Part shown: positions 30,834 to 41,066 of the stretch, one piece after another
Numbering within the stretch: position 1 is the stretch's first letter
Layout: each line of letters opens with the position of its first letter
From: Gemmatimonadaceae bacterium
GTDB lineage: Bacteria > Gemmatimonadota > Gemmatimonadetes > Gemmatimonadales > Gemmatimonadaceae
Assembly: GCA_046593165.1 (NCBI GenBank)
Contig: JBKJRW010000094.1
Coordinates: forward strand, 24,217 to 88,216
DNA: 64,000 bases
Reading direction: 5' to 3'
Notes under the pieces: generated by a model
What the model saw: the letters and a program-made list of their open reading frames with translations, nothing else
Databases searched by the model: none
Told to the model about the DNA's origin: nothing
Program-made: the position numbers and the translations under genes

Positions 30834-32237
30834 ATGTCTCAAAGAAATCGCAGTCGCGCGTTGCTCGCTACTCTTGCCCTGATCCTGGGCTCCGTTCTCT
30901 TGCCTCCAATACTGCCCGCGCAGCGCGCAGAGCTGGAGAAAATCATCAAGCGGAAAGTGCTGTCGAACGGGCTCGAAGTCATAGTAGTCGAGAATCACGG
31001 CGTTCCCCTGGCGACAATCGAGGTGACTGTCCGAAATGGATCGTTCACACAGTCGCCCGAGTATGCGGGCCTGGCCCACATGTACGAGCACATGTTCTTC
31101 CGCTCCAATACGAGGTACTCGGAGCCTGAATCATTTATCGGGCGCGCCGGGGACCTTGGAGCGGTGTTCAATGGAACGACTGGAGAAGAACGCGTCAACT
31201 ATTACCTGACGGTACCCGCCGACAGCATGGTAGCCGGAATCCGGTTTCTGTCGGCGGCCCTGATAGCGCCTCTTTTTCGCCAGGACGAGCTCGAGCGAGA
31301 GCGACAGGTCGTTATCGGGGAGTACGACCGGAACGAATCCAGCCCCTTCTTCCGGCTCAGTCAGGAAATGGACAAGCTGCTGTACCCAGGCAATTTCAGC
31401 CGCAAGAACGTGATCGGCGATCGTGATGTCATTCTCACGACGACGCCGGAAAAAATGCGCACAATTCAACGCAAGTACTATGTGCCTAATAATTCCGTGC
31501 TGATCGTCTCCGGCGACGTCGATCCACAGAAGGTATTCATTGCCGCCGAGCGTGAACTGGGGGGATGGAAGCGGGGGGTTGATCCGTTCCAGGCTGATCC
31601 TATTCCGGCCATTCCGGCGCTCGCAAAGAATCAGGGAGTAATCGTCGAGGCCGACGTCGGCGCCGTCACTGTCTTCCTTCAGTGGCAGGGTCCGAGTGTA
31701 GGCAAGGATCCGAAATCGACATACGCGGCCGATGTCTTCTCCGATGTTCTGAATGACCCGGGCTCCAATTTTCAGCAGCGGCTGGTAGACAGCGGTCTCT
31801 GGCAGAGCATGGGGGTCAACTACTACACGTTGAACAACGTCGGCCCGATCACCATCAGTGGCCAGACTTCTCCGGAAAATCTGCGCAAGGCTCTAACGGC
31901 TCTCGAGTCCGAGATCGCGAAGTTCGACAATCCTGGATACTTCGATGCCGGTGAGATTGAGGCGGTGAAGGCCCATCGCGCAGTCACTTCGGCTTTCGAC
32001 CGTGAGCGAGCCTCAGGGTTCGCGCACACACTGGGCTTCTGGTGGAGCGTCGCAGACCTGGAGTATTACATGGGGTACGTCGATAACATGGCGAAGCAGT
32101 CCATCGCCGATCTTCGGGCTTACTCAGTTCGTTACATCACTGGTAAGCCTCGTATTACTGGTGTGCTCATCAACCCGACGGCCAAGCGCCAGATCGGCCT
32201 GACCACCCAGGAACTCTCGAACGAAGGAACACGATGA
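30834..32237 (+). CDS. M16 family peptidase, catalytic subunit, secreted
   Basis: Signal peptide; inverted zincin motif HMYEH. Confidence 0.92.
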   Translation: MSQRNRSRALLATLALILGSVLLPPILPAQRAELEKIIKRKVLSNGLEVIVVENHGVPLATIEVTVRNGSFTQSPEYAGLAHMYEHMFFRSNTRYSEPESFIGRAGDLGAVFNGTTGEERVNYYLTVPADSMVAGIRFLSAALIAPLFRQDELERERQVVIGEYDRNESSPFFRLSQEMDKLLYPGNFSRKNVIGDRDVILTTTPEKMRTIQRKYYVPNNSVLIVSGDVDPQKVFIAAERELGGWKRGVDPFQADPIPAIPALAKNQGVIVEADVGAVTVFLQWQGPSVGKDPKSTYAADVFSDVLNDPGSNFQQRLVDSGLWQSMGVNYYTLNNVGPITISGQTSPENLRKALTALESEIAKFDNPGYFDAGEIEAVKAHRAVTSAFDRERASGFAHTLGFWWSVADLEYYMGYVDNMAKQSIADLRAYSVRYITGKPRITGVLINPTAKRQIGLTTQELSNEGTR

Positions 32238-33499
32238 TGCTGCTCTCTGTCGCCCTGGCGATGACGACGCTCACGACGAGCTTCGACGTAGGTGGAATAA
32301 AAGTCATTCTCCGGGAGAGCGATGCAAACAACGTCATCGCCGCGAACCTCTATTTGCTTGGCGGATCGAGGCAAGTCACATTCGCCAACGCCGGCATAGA
32401 GAACCTGCTGCTCGAAGTTTCGGACCGTGGAACGCAGAACTATCCCAGGGCCACGCTTCGGCGGAAAATGTCGCGTCTGGGCAGCGAGATCGTGACCGCG
32501 CCAGGAGACGACTGGACAATGTTCGGTATTCGCGGAACGCGCGAGGTTTTCGATTCCACCTGGGCGATATTTGCCGACCGGGTGATGCAGCCTACGCTCG
32601 CTGCCGCTGATGTCGCACTCATCAAGTCGCAATTCATCTCCGCTCTGAAACAGCGACGCGACGACCCCGATGCGCTGGCGGAGTTCCTTGCCGACAGCAT
32701 TGCATTCTCCGGTCATCCGTATGGTGTGCCCGTGGTGGGAACGGAAGCATCGATTTCCTCGATCGACGCCAACGCACTCAGGCAATATCATCGGGCCCAG
32801 TTCGTCAAATCCCGGATGCTACTCGTAGTGGTTGGCAACATCGACCGTGCGCACCTCGAGCGGCTCGTCAGGGGCACGATCGCCACGATGCCGCAGGGAA
32901 GCTATGCGTGGACGCCACCGTCGCGGCTGCCTGAGGGAAAATCGGCCGTCGTCGTGGAGCAGAGATCTCTCCCGACGAATTATATCCTGGGCTATTACAG
33001 CGGCCCGTTGGCAAACAGCGAGGACTACCAGGCGCTGCGAATAGCGACGTCCGTACTGACGGGCAGAATGTTCTCCGAGATTAGAACGCGGCAGAACCTG
33101 ACCTATGATGTCCATGCTCCGTTCATCGATCGAGCTGCGAGCGCGGGTGGGCTCTATGTATCCACCGCCTCTCCCGACACTACGCTCAAGCTGATGTACA
33201 ACGCCGTCCGCGAGCTTCAGGATGCCTTGCTCGATCCAAGCGGGCTGAAGCGTCTGGAGCAGCAGTTCCTGACGGAGTACTTCCTCGACAACGAGACGAA
33301 CGACGCTCAGGCGAGCTTTCTCGCGCGTGCCGAAATCTATCGGGGCGACTTCCGGTTGGCAGACAAGTTCGTAGAAGAACTCAAGAGCGTGACGCCCGAA
33401 CAGGTGAGGAATGTTGCGCGGAAATACATGAAGGGAATACGGTTCGCCTATGTAGGCGATCCGAGCCGCTTACGGAGAGAATTGATCACCCGGTTTTAA
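32234..33499 (+). CDS. M16 family peptidase, non-catalytic subunit
   Basis: M16 fold motifs without HxxEH; ATGA-coupled to the upstream subunit. Confidence 0.88.
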   Translation: MMLLSVALAMTTLTTSFDVGGIKVILRESDANNVIAANLYLLGGSRQVTFANAGIENLLLEVSDRGTQNYPRATLRRKMSRLGSEIVTAPGDDWTMFGIRGTREVFDSTWAIFADRVMQPTLAAADVALIKSQFISALKQRRDDPDALAEFLADSIAFSGHPYGVPVVGTEASISSIDANALRQYHRAQFVKSRMLLVVVGNIDRAHLERLVRGTIATMPQGSYAWTPPSRLPEGKSAVVVEQRSLPTNYILGYYSGPLANSEDYQALRIATSVLTGRMFSEIRTRQNLTYDVHAPFIDRAASAGGLYVSTASPDTTLKLMYNAVRELQDALLDPSGLKRLEQQFLTEYFLDNETNDAQASFLARAEIYRGDFRLADKFVEELKSVTPEQVRNVARKYMKGIRFAYVGDPSRLRRELITRF

Positions 33500-33512
33500 A
33501 AGCGGAAACCGG

Positions 33513-34127
33513 CTATCGAGCCCGTTCGGCCAGCACCCTCCGTACGTCGTCGAGTCCAGAGCCGCCGGCTCTCAGGGCAACCATCAGGTGATAGATGAGA
33601 TCAGCGCCTTCTTCGGTGGCGCGATCCGCGTCGCCGTCGGCACACGCCGTGATGAATTCGGCCGCTTCTTCTCCGATTTTTTTCAGCCGCAGATTGCGGT
33701 CCATCAACAGCCGCTTCGTATAACTCGAGCCACCACTGGCAGCCGCGCTATCAATGGCTCTGTCGGCGATCGTCATATTCAGCGTCGACAGGGAATCAGC
33801 CGAGAGCGCATTCGCCCCGAAGCACGACCGGGACATGGTGTGACACGCAGGGCCCGGCGAAACCACTCGTGCAAGCACCGCATCGCCATCGCAGTCGCGG
33901 CTCAGAGAAATCACTCGCTGGGTATTTCCGCTCGTCGCGCCCTTGTGCCACAAGCCGCGCGTGCGCGACGTGTAATGCATCTCACCGGTTTCGATCGTCA
34001 TCGTCATCGCATCACGATCGGCGTGTGCCACCATTAACACGGTTCCGGAAACGGAGTCCTGGGCAACCACGGTGACGAGACCGCCGGAGCGGGAAAAATC
34101 GAGAGTGTCCAAGTCGAAGTCGATCAT
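33513..34127 (-). CDS. hisIE: Bifunctional phosphoribosyl-AMP cyclohydrolase / phosphoribosyl-ATP pyrophosphatase
   Basis: SRTRGLWHKGATSGN, DCDGD, GPACHT, KKIGEEAAE, ADLIYH. Confidence 0.96.
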   Translation of the reverse strand: MIDFDLDTLDFSRSGGLVTVVAQDSVSGTVLMVAHADRDAMTMTIETGEMHYTSRTRGLWHKGATSGNTQRVISLSRDCDGDAVLARVVSPGPACHTMSRSCFGANALSADSLSTLNMTIADRAIDSAAASGGSSYTKRLLMDRNLRLKKIGEEAAEFITACADGDADRATEEGADLIYHLMVALRAGGSGLDDVRRVLAERAR

Positions 34128-34900
34128 GGTACGACCGTCGGATTGAGGATACGGCGGCAGTCAACTGCAAGCAGTGCGTTAGTTGCGATCGCGCTGCCAC
34201 CAAAGGCGGTGGCGTTACCCTCCCAGTCGGTGAAGATGCCGCCGGCCTCAGTTACAATAGGAAACAGAGCCGCGATGTCCCATGCGGATACTACAGGATC
34301 TGCCATTATCTCCGCTCTGCCTGTCGCGACCATCAGGTAGCCAAAACAATCTCCCCACGTGCGGCCGATATGGACCGCGTCTTCTAGCAATTTCCAGCTG
34401 GCTACCCGATCAGGCGTGCCGCCAAACGGAAGCTGACTCGTGAGGGCGGTTGCAGACTCGAGCCCCGCCACGCTGGACACAGAGCACCTTGCTCCGTTGA
34501 GCCAGCAACCCTCTCCGGGTGCGGCCGACACCATGTCACCAATTGCAGGCAGGAACACAGACCCCGCGATCACAGTATCTCCCTCAGCAACAGCGACGAG
34601 AGTGCCCCACAGCGGAACTCCACGGACGAAGGACTTTGTGCCATCGATCGGGTCCACGATCCATCGCCGCCGGGCGCCAGGGCGAACAGGCGCGAATTCT
34701 TCACCGATAAAGCCATCCTTTGGAAACAGCCTCGCTACCATCTCGCGAGCAGTCTGTTCGGCTGACCGGTCGGCGATCGTTACCGGCGATCCGTCGCCCT
34801 TGAGGTCTATCTGGATATTGTGACGGTAATGCGCGAGAGCAACCTCGCCCGCTGCGCGGGCGATCTCAGCTGTCGCCTGAAAATAGGAATCGGCGCTCAT
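34124..34900 (-). CDS. hisN: Histidinol-phosphatase, inositol monophosphatase family
   Basis: [18 protein letters not shown] motifs; lies inside the his operon. Confidence 0.9.
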   Translation of the reverse strand: MSADSYFQATAEIARAAGEVALAHYRHNIQIDLKGDGSPVTIADRSAEQTAREMVARLFPKDGFIGEEFAPVRPGARRRWIVDPIDGTKSFVRGVPLWGTLVAVAEGDTVIAGSVFLPAIGDMVSAAPGEGCWLNGARCSVSSVAGLESATALTSQLPFGGTPDRVASWKLLEDAVHIGRTWGDCFGYLMVATGRAEIMADPVVSAWDIAALFPIVTEAGGIFTDWEGNATAFGGSAIATNALLAVDCRRILNPTVVP

Positions 34901-35658
34901 ACCGCGGTCCGAGTGGCGATTCCGGCCATGATCATGCCTCGCTTGATTTCTCCTACTGTCGTAATGCGATCATGAAGAATGCCGGCGACCAACGCAGCCT
35001 CTGCTCCGGTTTGAGAAAAAACATCCGAAATATCGGCGACTGTTCCAGCGCCCCCCGATGCAACGACCGGCACGGTGACAGCATTGGCAACGGCCCCAGT
35101 GAGCGCCAGGTCGTAACCACTCCGTGCTCCGTCGCGATCGATGCTCGTCAACAAAATCTCTCCTGCTCCCAGTGTGACGCACTCGCACGCCCAGGATACA
35201 GCATCGAGTGAGGTTCGCTGTCTTCCTCCGCCAGTGTAAACGATCCAGCGGCCACTTTCTTCGCGTGCATCAATGCTGGCAACGACGCATTGCGATCCGA
35301 ACCGATCGGCGGATTCCGTGATCACTTCGGGATTGTGAACCGCAGCCGAGTTGATGCTGACCTTGTCGGCACCGGCGCGAAGCAATCGTGCAACATCGTC
35401 TGCCGATCGTACGCCACCGCCGATGGTCAACGGAATGAAAAGTCTCTCCGCCGTGCGGCGCGCGACATCGAGCACGGTGGCGCGACCCGCGATTCCTGCC
35501 GAGATATCCAGGAACACGATTTCGTCAGCGCCTTCCAGCTCATATCGAACGGCGAGCTCGATAGGATCTCCGACATCCCTCATCGATTCGAAGCCAACCC
35601 CCTTGACCACTCTTTCTCCATCGACATCCAGGCAGACCACAACTCGTCGTGAAAGCAT
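34897..35658 (-). CDS. hisF: Imidazole glycerol phosphate synthase cyclase subunit
   Basis: [32 protein letters not shown]. Confidence 0.97.
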   Translation of the reverse strand: MLSRRVVVCLDVDGERVVKGVGFESMRDVGDPIELAVRYELEGADEIVFLDISAGIAGRATVLDVARRTAERLFIPLTIGGGVRSADDVARLLRAGADKVSINSAAVHNPEVITESADRFGSQCVVASIDAREESGRWIVYTGGGRQRTSLDAVSWACECVTLGAGEILLTSIDRDGARSGYDLALTGAVANAVTVPVVASGGAGTVADISDVFSQTGAEAALVAGILHDRITTVGEIKRGMIMAGIATRTAV

Positions 35659-36194
35659 CAGAGCACCCTCGATGTCACGGCGCCCTTGGTGCTGAAAACC
35701 GCACCGGTATCGATAAGCGAATCGCGAAGCGCCAGACCAAGCGCCTTGAACGCGGCTTCAACGATGTGATGTCTGTCCCTGCCTCGAAGCACGCGCACGT
35801 GAAGCGTGACCCTTGCGTTGTCCGCGAACGACCGCATCCAGTGATCATAGAGTGAGCTGGGGAGAGGACCGGCGTAATACGGCCGTCCTCCTGTGTCCAC
35901 GGACACGTGCACAAGAGCATCGTCCATGGCTACTGTTCGATCTCCATAACGAGCACAGGTTGCCGGGAGAACCCGCTGAAACGCCTCGCCGATGGTAATG
36001 GCGACATCTTCGATGATATGGTGCCGGAGATCTCCGGTTGCCGACAGGTCCATGTCGAGCGCCGCGTAGCGCGCGAGCACCGTCAACATGTGATCGAGAA
36101 AGGAGACGCTCGTGTTGATTCTCGTCTTGCCTGTGCCCTGGATCATTTCGACCCTGACTTCGGTTTCGCCAGTACGCCTTTCGATTGCGGTCAT
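35658..36194 (-). CDS. hisB: Imidazoleglycerol-phosphate dehydratase (monofunctional)
   Basis: [28 protein letters not shown]. Confidence 0.96.
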   Translation of the reverse strand: MTAIERRTGETEVRVEMIQGTGKTRINTSVSFLDHMLTVLARYAALDMDLSATGDLRHHIIEDVAITIGEAFQRVLPATCARYGDRTVAMDDALVHVSVDTGGRPYYAGPLPSSLYDHWMRSFADNARVTLHVRVLRGRDRHHIVEAAFKALGLALRDSLIDTGAVFSTKGAVTSRVL

Positions 36195-36904
36195 TGTCCG
36201 AATTCCGTTGCGGTTGCGTGCGCGTCGAGAGCGCCCGTGTAGATGGCCATGCCTATGACCGTTGCGGAGACACCAGCTGCAGCGAGACTTCTCAGGTCGT
36301 CTATTCCCGAGACGCCACCGGAGGCCTGGATGAGGTGATGCGAGGCGAGCGTCAATTCGCTCATCAGTTCCACGTCAGTGCCTCCGAGCAAACCTTCGCG
36401 ATGAACAGCGGTGACCATTACCGCCGCCAACTCGAGATCGTCGAGATTTTTCACGAAGTCGACGACGTTCTTCGCTGTGTCTATAGTCCAGCCGCGGCTT
36501 ACCAGATTTCTGCCCCTGGTATCGGCTGCAAGGACAAGGCACCCGGGAAACAGCCTGGTCATATCATCCAGCCATGACACGTCCTCAATCGCACGAGTTC
36601 CTACGATGACCCTAGTTGCTCCTGCCCGGAGAAGCTCGTCGATTCGATCGGCGCTCCTTACTCCGCCGCCGACCTGCACCTCGCCGGGCCAGGAAGTGAT
36701 GATGTCGTCGACGACTCCAGCGTTCGATCCTTTTCCAAGAGCTGCATCAAGATCCACCACATGGAGGTGCGCGAAACCCTGGTCCGACCAGTTGCGCGCG
36801 ACACCGACAGGGTCGTCGAGCCTGACCATTTCCCGCTCGTAGTCGCCACCTGCCAGCTGAACGCAGTAGCCCTCACGGATATCGACCGCAGGAATTGCAA
36901 TCAT
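36191..36904 (-). CDS. hisA: ProFAR isomerase
   Basis: IPAVDI, LHVVDLDAA, QVGGGVRS, ASGGV. Confidence 0.95.
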   Translation of the reverse strand: MIAIPAVDIREGYCVQLAGGDYEREMVRLDDPVGVARNWSDQGFAHLHVVDLDAALGKGSNAGVVDDIITSWPGEVQVGGGVRSADRIDELLRAGATRVIVGTRAIEDVSWLDDMTRLFPGCLVLAADTRGRNLVSRGWTIDTAKNVVDFVKNLDDLELAAVMVTAVHREGLLGGTDVELMSELTLASHHLIQASGGVSGIDDLRSLAAAGVSATVIGMAIYTGALDAHATATEFGQ

Positions 36905-37497
36905 CGCCGAGCTCTATCGAGAAAAGCGTGGATGAAAGCGACCCCGGCTGCCGAGCTCTTCTCGGGATGAAACTGAACGCCGACGATGTGTCCTGAAGCC
37001 ACCGAGGCAGCGAACCGATCACCATCGTGAGTTGACCATGCGGTAACGGTTGACGTATCGATCGGCTCGCAGACAAAACTGTTCGCGAAGTACGCGGTCG
37101 AAAGTCGAGAAGTGTCATACAGATCGCCGCGTGTCTCGTTCAAGGCGTTCCAGCCCATCTGGGGAACCCGGTGCGCGTTAAGTCGTCGTACCCGGCCGGG
37201 TATTATGCCAAGCCCGGACCCGGCTCCCTCTTCGCTCGAATCGAACAGGAGCTGCATGCCGAGGCAGATGCCGAGACACGGCATGCCATTCTTCAACGCG
37301 GCTCTGATAATATCTCGCCCAGGGGCCAGAAATCGGCTGGCGCTGGCGAAGGCACCGACGCCGGGAAGAACGAGAGCGTCAGCAGTGGCCGCCGCGGCCG
37401 GATCAGTTTCAACAACAACTTCCACATTCGGTCCGCCTACGGCCTTGGCCAGCGAATGCAAATTTCCCGCGCCGTAATCGAGAATAGCGACTTTCAT
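36901..37497 (-). CDS. hisH: Imidazole glycerol phosphate synthase glutaminase subunit
   Basis: DYGAGNL, LPGVGAF, GICLGMQ, QFHPEKS; ATG at 37497 couples to the hisC stop. Confidence 0.97.
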   Translation of the reverse strand: MKVAILDYGAGNLHSLAKAVGGPNVEVVVETDPAAAATADALVLPGVGAFASASRFLAPGRDIIRAALKNGMPCLGICLGMQLLFDSSEEGAGSGLGIIPGRVRRLNAHRVPQMGWNALNETRGDLYDTSRLSTAYFANSFVCEPIDTSTVTAWSTHDGDRFAASVASGHIVGVQFHPEKSSAAGVAFIHAFLDRARR

Positions 37498-38555
37498 GCG
37501 GCCAGCTCGTCGAGAGCCACCAGGCACGCTTCCATGTATTCCCATGGGCCGATCGTGATTCTCAACGCGCCTCCTGTTTGCGGGAGATCGTCGAACACGC
37601 GGACCGCTATTCCTTTCTCTCGCAACAAGGCTCGGGCAGCAACGGTGTCGGCCACGGGGAGAAGAACGAAGTTGGCTTCAGAGGGAAGCGGCGTGAAACC
37701 CATTCCGCAGAGCCGGTCGACGAACCGCGCACGGTTCGACTTCATATCCGCGACTCGCTCACGCACCCATGGCAATCCGTGTGCAAGCGTATCGATCGCC
37801 ACTGCTTCAGCAACTGCGGAGACCTTGAACGGACCACGTGATTTTTCCACTTCGCGCACGATCCGTTCGCTGGCGATGCCATATCCGATTCGCAACGACG
37901 CCAATCCAAAGGCCTTGGACATCGTTCGGGTTACCAGGACGTTCGGGTAGCGACTCGCGAGGCTCGCATAAGATTCCGAAGTGAACTCGACGTACGCCTC
38001 GTCGATGATCACAAGCCCATTGAATGTTGAAACGATCTCCTCGATACGCGCACCGGTCATGATTCCGCCCGTCGGGTTGTTGGGCGAGCAGAGGTAGAGA
38101 ATGGAGGCTTCTGGCCGGAGAATCCTTTCTACCGGGGAATCTTTCAGATCGTCGAGCCCAATCGGAACGGGAACGAGGCCGTTGACCCGGGCAAAAACGG
38201 GAATCATGCCGAAGGAAGGATCCATGAACGCCAGTCGATCGCCATGGTTTCCAAAAGCGCGAATCGCCGAATCGAGGACGTCGTCCGATCCGCAACCAGC
38301 GACGATCATCGGCGAATCGACCGAAGCATAACTGGCAAGAGAATTCTTGAGATTATGCGAATAGGCCGATGGGTAGCGTGCGATCGACGCTGACGTGAAC
38401 CGGAGCAGGCTTTCTGTCGCTGCAGGCGGTGGACCCCAGAGGTTGGTGTTGTCGCTGAGGTCGATCGCACACGGTGATGTGCCGGCATCGTATAGCGACA
38501 CCGCAGTGAGCCCGCTACGGCAGGCAGGTGCGGATGTCCTGGATGCGGCAATCAT
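37494..38555 (-). CDS. hisC: Histidinol-phosphate aminotransferase
   Basis: RYP, CSPNNPTG, DEAY, RTMSKAFGLASLRIG. Confidence 0.96.
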   Translation of the reverse strand: MIAASRTSAPACRSGLTAVSLYDAGTSPCAIDLSDNTNLWGPPPAATESLLRFTSASIARYPSAYSHNLKNSLASYASVDSPMIVAGCGSDDVLDSAIRAFGNHGDRLAFMDPSFGMIPVFARVNGLVPVPIGLDDLKDSPVERILRPEASILYLCSPNNPTGGIMTGARIEEIVSTFNGLVIIDEAYVEFTSESYASLASRYPNVLVTRTMSKAFGLASLRIGYGIASERIVREVEKSRGPFKVSAVAEAVAIDTLAHGLPWVRERVADMKSNRARFVDRLCGMGFTPLPSEANFVLLPVADTVAARALLREKGIAVRVFDDLPQTGGALRITIGPWEYMEACLVALDELAA

Positions 38556-39868
38556 GCGTTCCCCCAGGCACGCGCCGCGATGGCATGTCCAAAAAGACCT
38601 TCGGCGTCTGCCAGAATCCCGACAGACTCGGCGAGTGATGCAGCGCCGATTTCATCGATCTTCTGATATGTCGTCCACCGAATGAAATCGAGAGTTGAAA
38701 GCCCTGAGTAGCTGCGGGCGAGGCCGCCTGTGGGAAGGACGTGGTTTGCTCCTGTCATGTAATCGCCGAACGATACCGAGCTTGTCTGGCCAAGGAATAT
38801 CGTCCCGGCGTTTCGCGCTTTGGGCAGAAGGCGGTCAGCGTCGGCTGTCGCGAGGAGCAAGTGTTCGGGGGCGAATGCATTTGCGAGCGCAATTGCTTCG
38901 TCGGTGGACGCGACAGTGACTATTCCGCCATTCTGCGCAAACGAAGCGGCTACGATGTCACGGCGCCTGGCGTTTTGCACTGCTTGTTCCAGGGCCGTTC
39001 GAACGGACTGGGCTATTTGATCGCCGACTGCAACAACTATCACGACGGCGCGTGGATCGTGTTCAGCCTGGGCGACTGCCTCGCGAGCGACTCCATTGGG
39101 CTCGGCCGCTGAGTCGGCAATGATGAGGAGTTCACTTGGTCCGGCGGGCGAGTCGAACGAAACGAATCCGGAGAGCTGGAGTTTTGCTTCAGCGACGTAA
39201 GCGTTGCCGGGACCAACAATCCTTTCCACCCGCGGAACGGTTTCGGTACCGAGGGCCATTGCTGCAATCGCCCCCGCTCCCCCGATAGAGAATACTCGAT
39301 CGACCCCCGCGATTCGCGCCGCTGCGAGAACGACGGCCGAAGGCAGTCCATCGGGTCCCGGCGGGGAGCACATTATTACCTCCCGAACTCCAGCAACGCG
39401 CGCGGGCACGGCTCCCATCAGGACGCTACTGGGGTACGCTGCCCGGCCTCCGGGCGCGTAGACCCCGACCCTACCGAGTGGGTCAGGGCGCCTTCCGACA
39501 ATGACACCGAGTTCGACAATAATCTCACTTGAGCCAGGCAGCTGAGACCGATGCACCTTTTCGAGGTTCCTCGTTGCCCGCTCAAGCGAACGTCTCACGC
39601 CCGAGTCCAGTGAACTCAGCGCTTCGTCGATTCGTTTCGGCGGGACTTCGAGCGAGTCAAGCCGCACGCCGTCCAGAATCCAGGCCATCTCGTTAAGGGC
39701 TTGGTCCTGGCGCTGCCTGACGTCGGCGATGATCCTCGCGACATCCGCAATGGTTTTGGAGTCGGTTGCGCAGGAAGTTCGATCGAAGAGGGCACCGTGG
39801 TCTGCCGCTGCCAGATTCGATACGGGACCAGAAAAACGAAGAGATAGCGCGGGGGCCAATTCTGTCAT
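38552..39868 (-). CDS. hisD: Histidinol dehydrogenase
   Basis: GVYAPGG.AAYPSSVLM, GPGNAYV, AGPSE, QAEHD, APEHL, GANHVLPT. Confidence 0.98.
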   Translation of the reverse strand: MTELAPALSLRFSGPVSNLAAADHGALFDRTSCATDSKTIADVARIIADVRQRQDQALNEMAWILDGVRLDSLEVPPKRIDEALSSLDSGVRRSLERATRNLEKVHRSQLPGSSEIIVELGVIVGRRPDPLGRVGVYAPGGRAAYPSSVLMGAVPARVAGVREVIMCSPPGPDGLPSAVVLAAARIAGVDRVFSIGGAGAIAAMALGTETVPRVERIVGPGNAYVAEAKLQLSGFVSFDSPAGPSELLIIADSAAEPNGVAREAVAQAEHDPRAVVIVVAVGDQIAQSVRTALEQAVQNARRRDIVAASFAQNGGIVTVASTDEAIALANAFAPEHLLLATADADRLLPKARNAGTIFLGQTSSVSFGDYMTGANHVLPTGGLARSYSGLSTLDFIRWTTYQKIDEIGAASLAESVGILADAEGLFGHAIAARAWGNA

Positions 39869-40734
39869 GGCATCAGCCTTTCGATGCGGGTTACGAGGAT
39901 ACCCTCACTCCCCAGCGACTTCAGTGAGCCTATGGTGCGATAGACCGCATCGGCTGGAACGACCGCGTGGACCGCTACAAATGCACCGCCGTTCAGGATA
40001 TCGATGACAGTGGGCCCGTTGAGGCCGGGGAGCACGTCCTTGACCAGGTCGAGCGCCGAGCGTGGAACGTTTGCCATCAAGTAGCGTTTTCCTCGGGCGC
40101 GTATCACCGAATCGAGGGCGGTGACCAGCTCGTCGAGGGCGTTCTGTTTCCCCTGGTCGGAGCCGGCAGCTATTGAAGGCGATGAAAAGAGGCGGGCGGT
40201 AGAGTCCAGAATCGTCTCAATTTCACGCAGTCCGTTGGTACGAAGAGTCGATCCTGTGGATGTTATGTCGATGATCAGGTCCGCGATGCCAAGGTGGGGA
40301 GCGATTTCCGCCGCGCCTGACACCGGCACGATAGTGACAGGCTGCCCAAGCTTTTCAAAGAATCGCCGGGCAATACCGGGGTAGGACGTCGCGACTCTTG
40401 CGCCTGCTGGAATAGTGTCTACGGTCCCGATCGAGCTCTCGTCGCGCACGGCCAGCACGAGGCGGCAGCGTCCGAAACCGAGGTCCAGGAGCGCGTCGAG
40501 TCCTCTTCCCGATTCGGTTGCGAGATCGAGGCCGGTGATTCCTGCATCCGCAGCATCGTCAGCCACGAATTCTGGAATATCCTGCGCGCGAACGAAAATG
40601 GCCTCAAACTCCCCTCCAAGTGACGCGGTGAGCGCACGCTCGCCCGTCGTCCGGACTTCGAGGCCGGCCTGGTTGAACAGATCTCGAGCATCTTCGGAAA
40701 GCCTGCCCTTGTTGGGTAATGCAATTCTTAACAT
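39865..40734 (-). CDS. hisG: ATP phosphoribosyltransferase, long form
   Basis: LRIALPNKGRL, DIPEFV, TGSTLRTNGL and the C-terminal regulatory domain. Confidence 0.97.
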   Translation of the reverse strand: MLRIALPNKGRLSEDARDLFNQAGLEVRTTGERALTASLGGEFEAIFVRAQDIPEFVADDAADAGITGLDLATESGRGLDALLDLGFGRCRLVLAVRDESSIGTVDTIPAGARVATSYPGIARRFFEKLGQPVTIVPVSGAAEIAPHLGIADLIIDITSTGSTLRTNGLREIETILDSTARLFSSPSIAAGSDQGKQNALDELVTALDSVIRARGKRYLMANVPRSALDLVKDVLPGLNGPTVIDILNGGAFVAVHAVVPADAVYRTIGSLKSLGSEGILVTRIERLMP

Positions 40735-40745
40735 TGAAGTCCCGG

Positions 40746-40775
40746 AAAACAAAAAACCCGTCCAAGGTGGACGGG
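40746..40775 (-). terminator. his attenuator terminator
   Basis: Minus strand CCCGTCCA-CCT-TGGACGGG-TTTTTTGTTTT, ending 12 nt upstream of the hisG ATG. Confidence 0.88.
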
Positions 40776-40809
40776 CTGGAGAAATCTACGGTCGATGGTC
40801 AGTCAGCCA

Positions 40810-40887
40810 TCATGGCACGCGCGATCCCGCTCCAGCCCGAAGGAGGTGGTGATGCGCATGGATTCGGCTGATGCTGGATATGATCAT
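40810..40887 (-). CDS. hisL: his operon leader peptide (25 aa)
   Basis: MIISSISRIHAHHHLLRAGAGSRVP*, with four His codons in five positions, upstream of the terminator. Confidence 0.82.
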   Translation of the reverse strand: MIISSISRIHAHHHLLRAGAGSRVP

Positions 40888-40975
40888 GATTCGGAAACTA
40901 AACCCATGCCGGCAGGAATTCCAGCGGCACGAATCCTGATCGAAAGGGGTGCTGTAACGTTGATTTCCAAGGTGT

Positions 40976-40993
40976 TTGTGAATAAATTCACAA
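40976..40993. promoter_or_regulatory. Palindromic operator, Rex- or CRP-family type
   Basis: TTGTGAA-TAAA-TTCACAA, a perfect inverted repeat 73 bp upstream of the cupredoxin ATG. Confidence 0.75.
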
Positions 40994-41066
40994 TCTTCCG
41001 CGGGGGCCCCCGCGGACAGAAATCACAACCAGTTGTAACTAGTTCGGCTCTGGAGGCCTCTAGATA

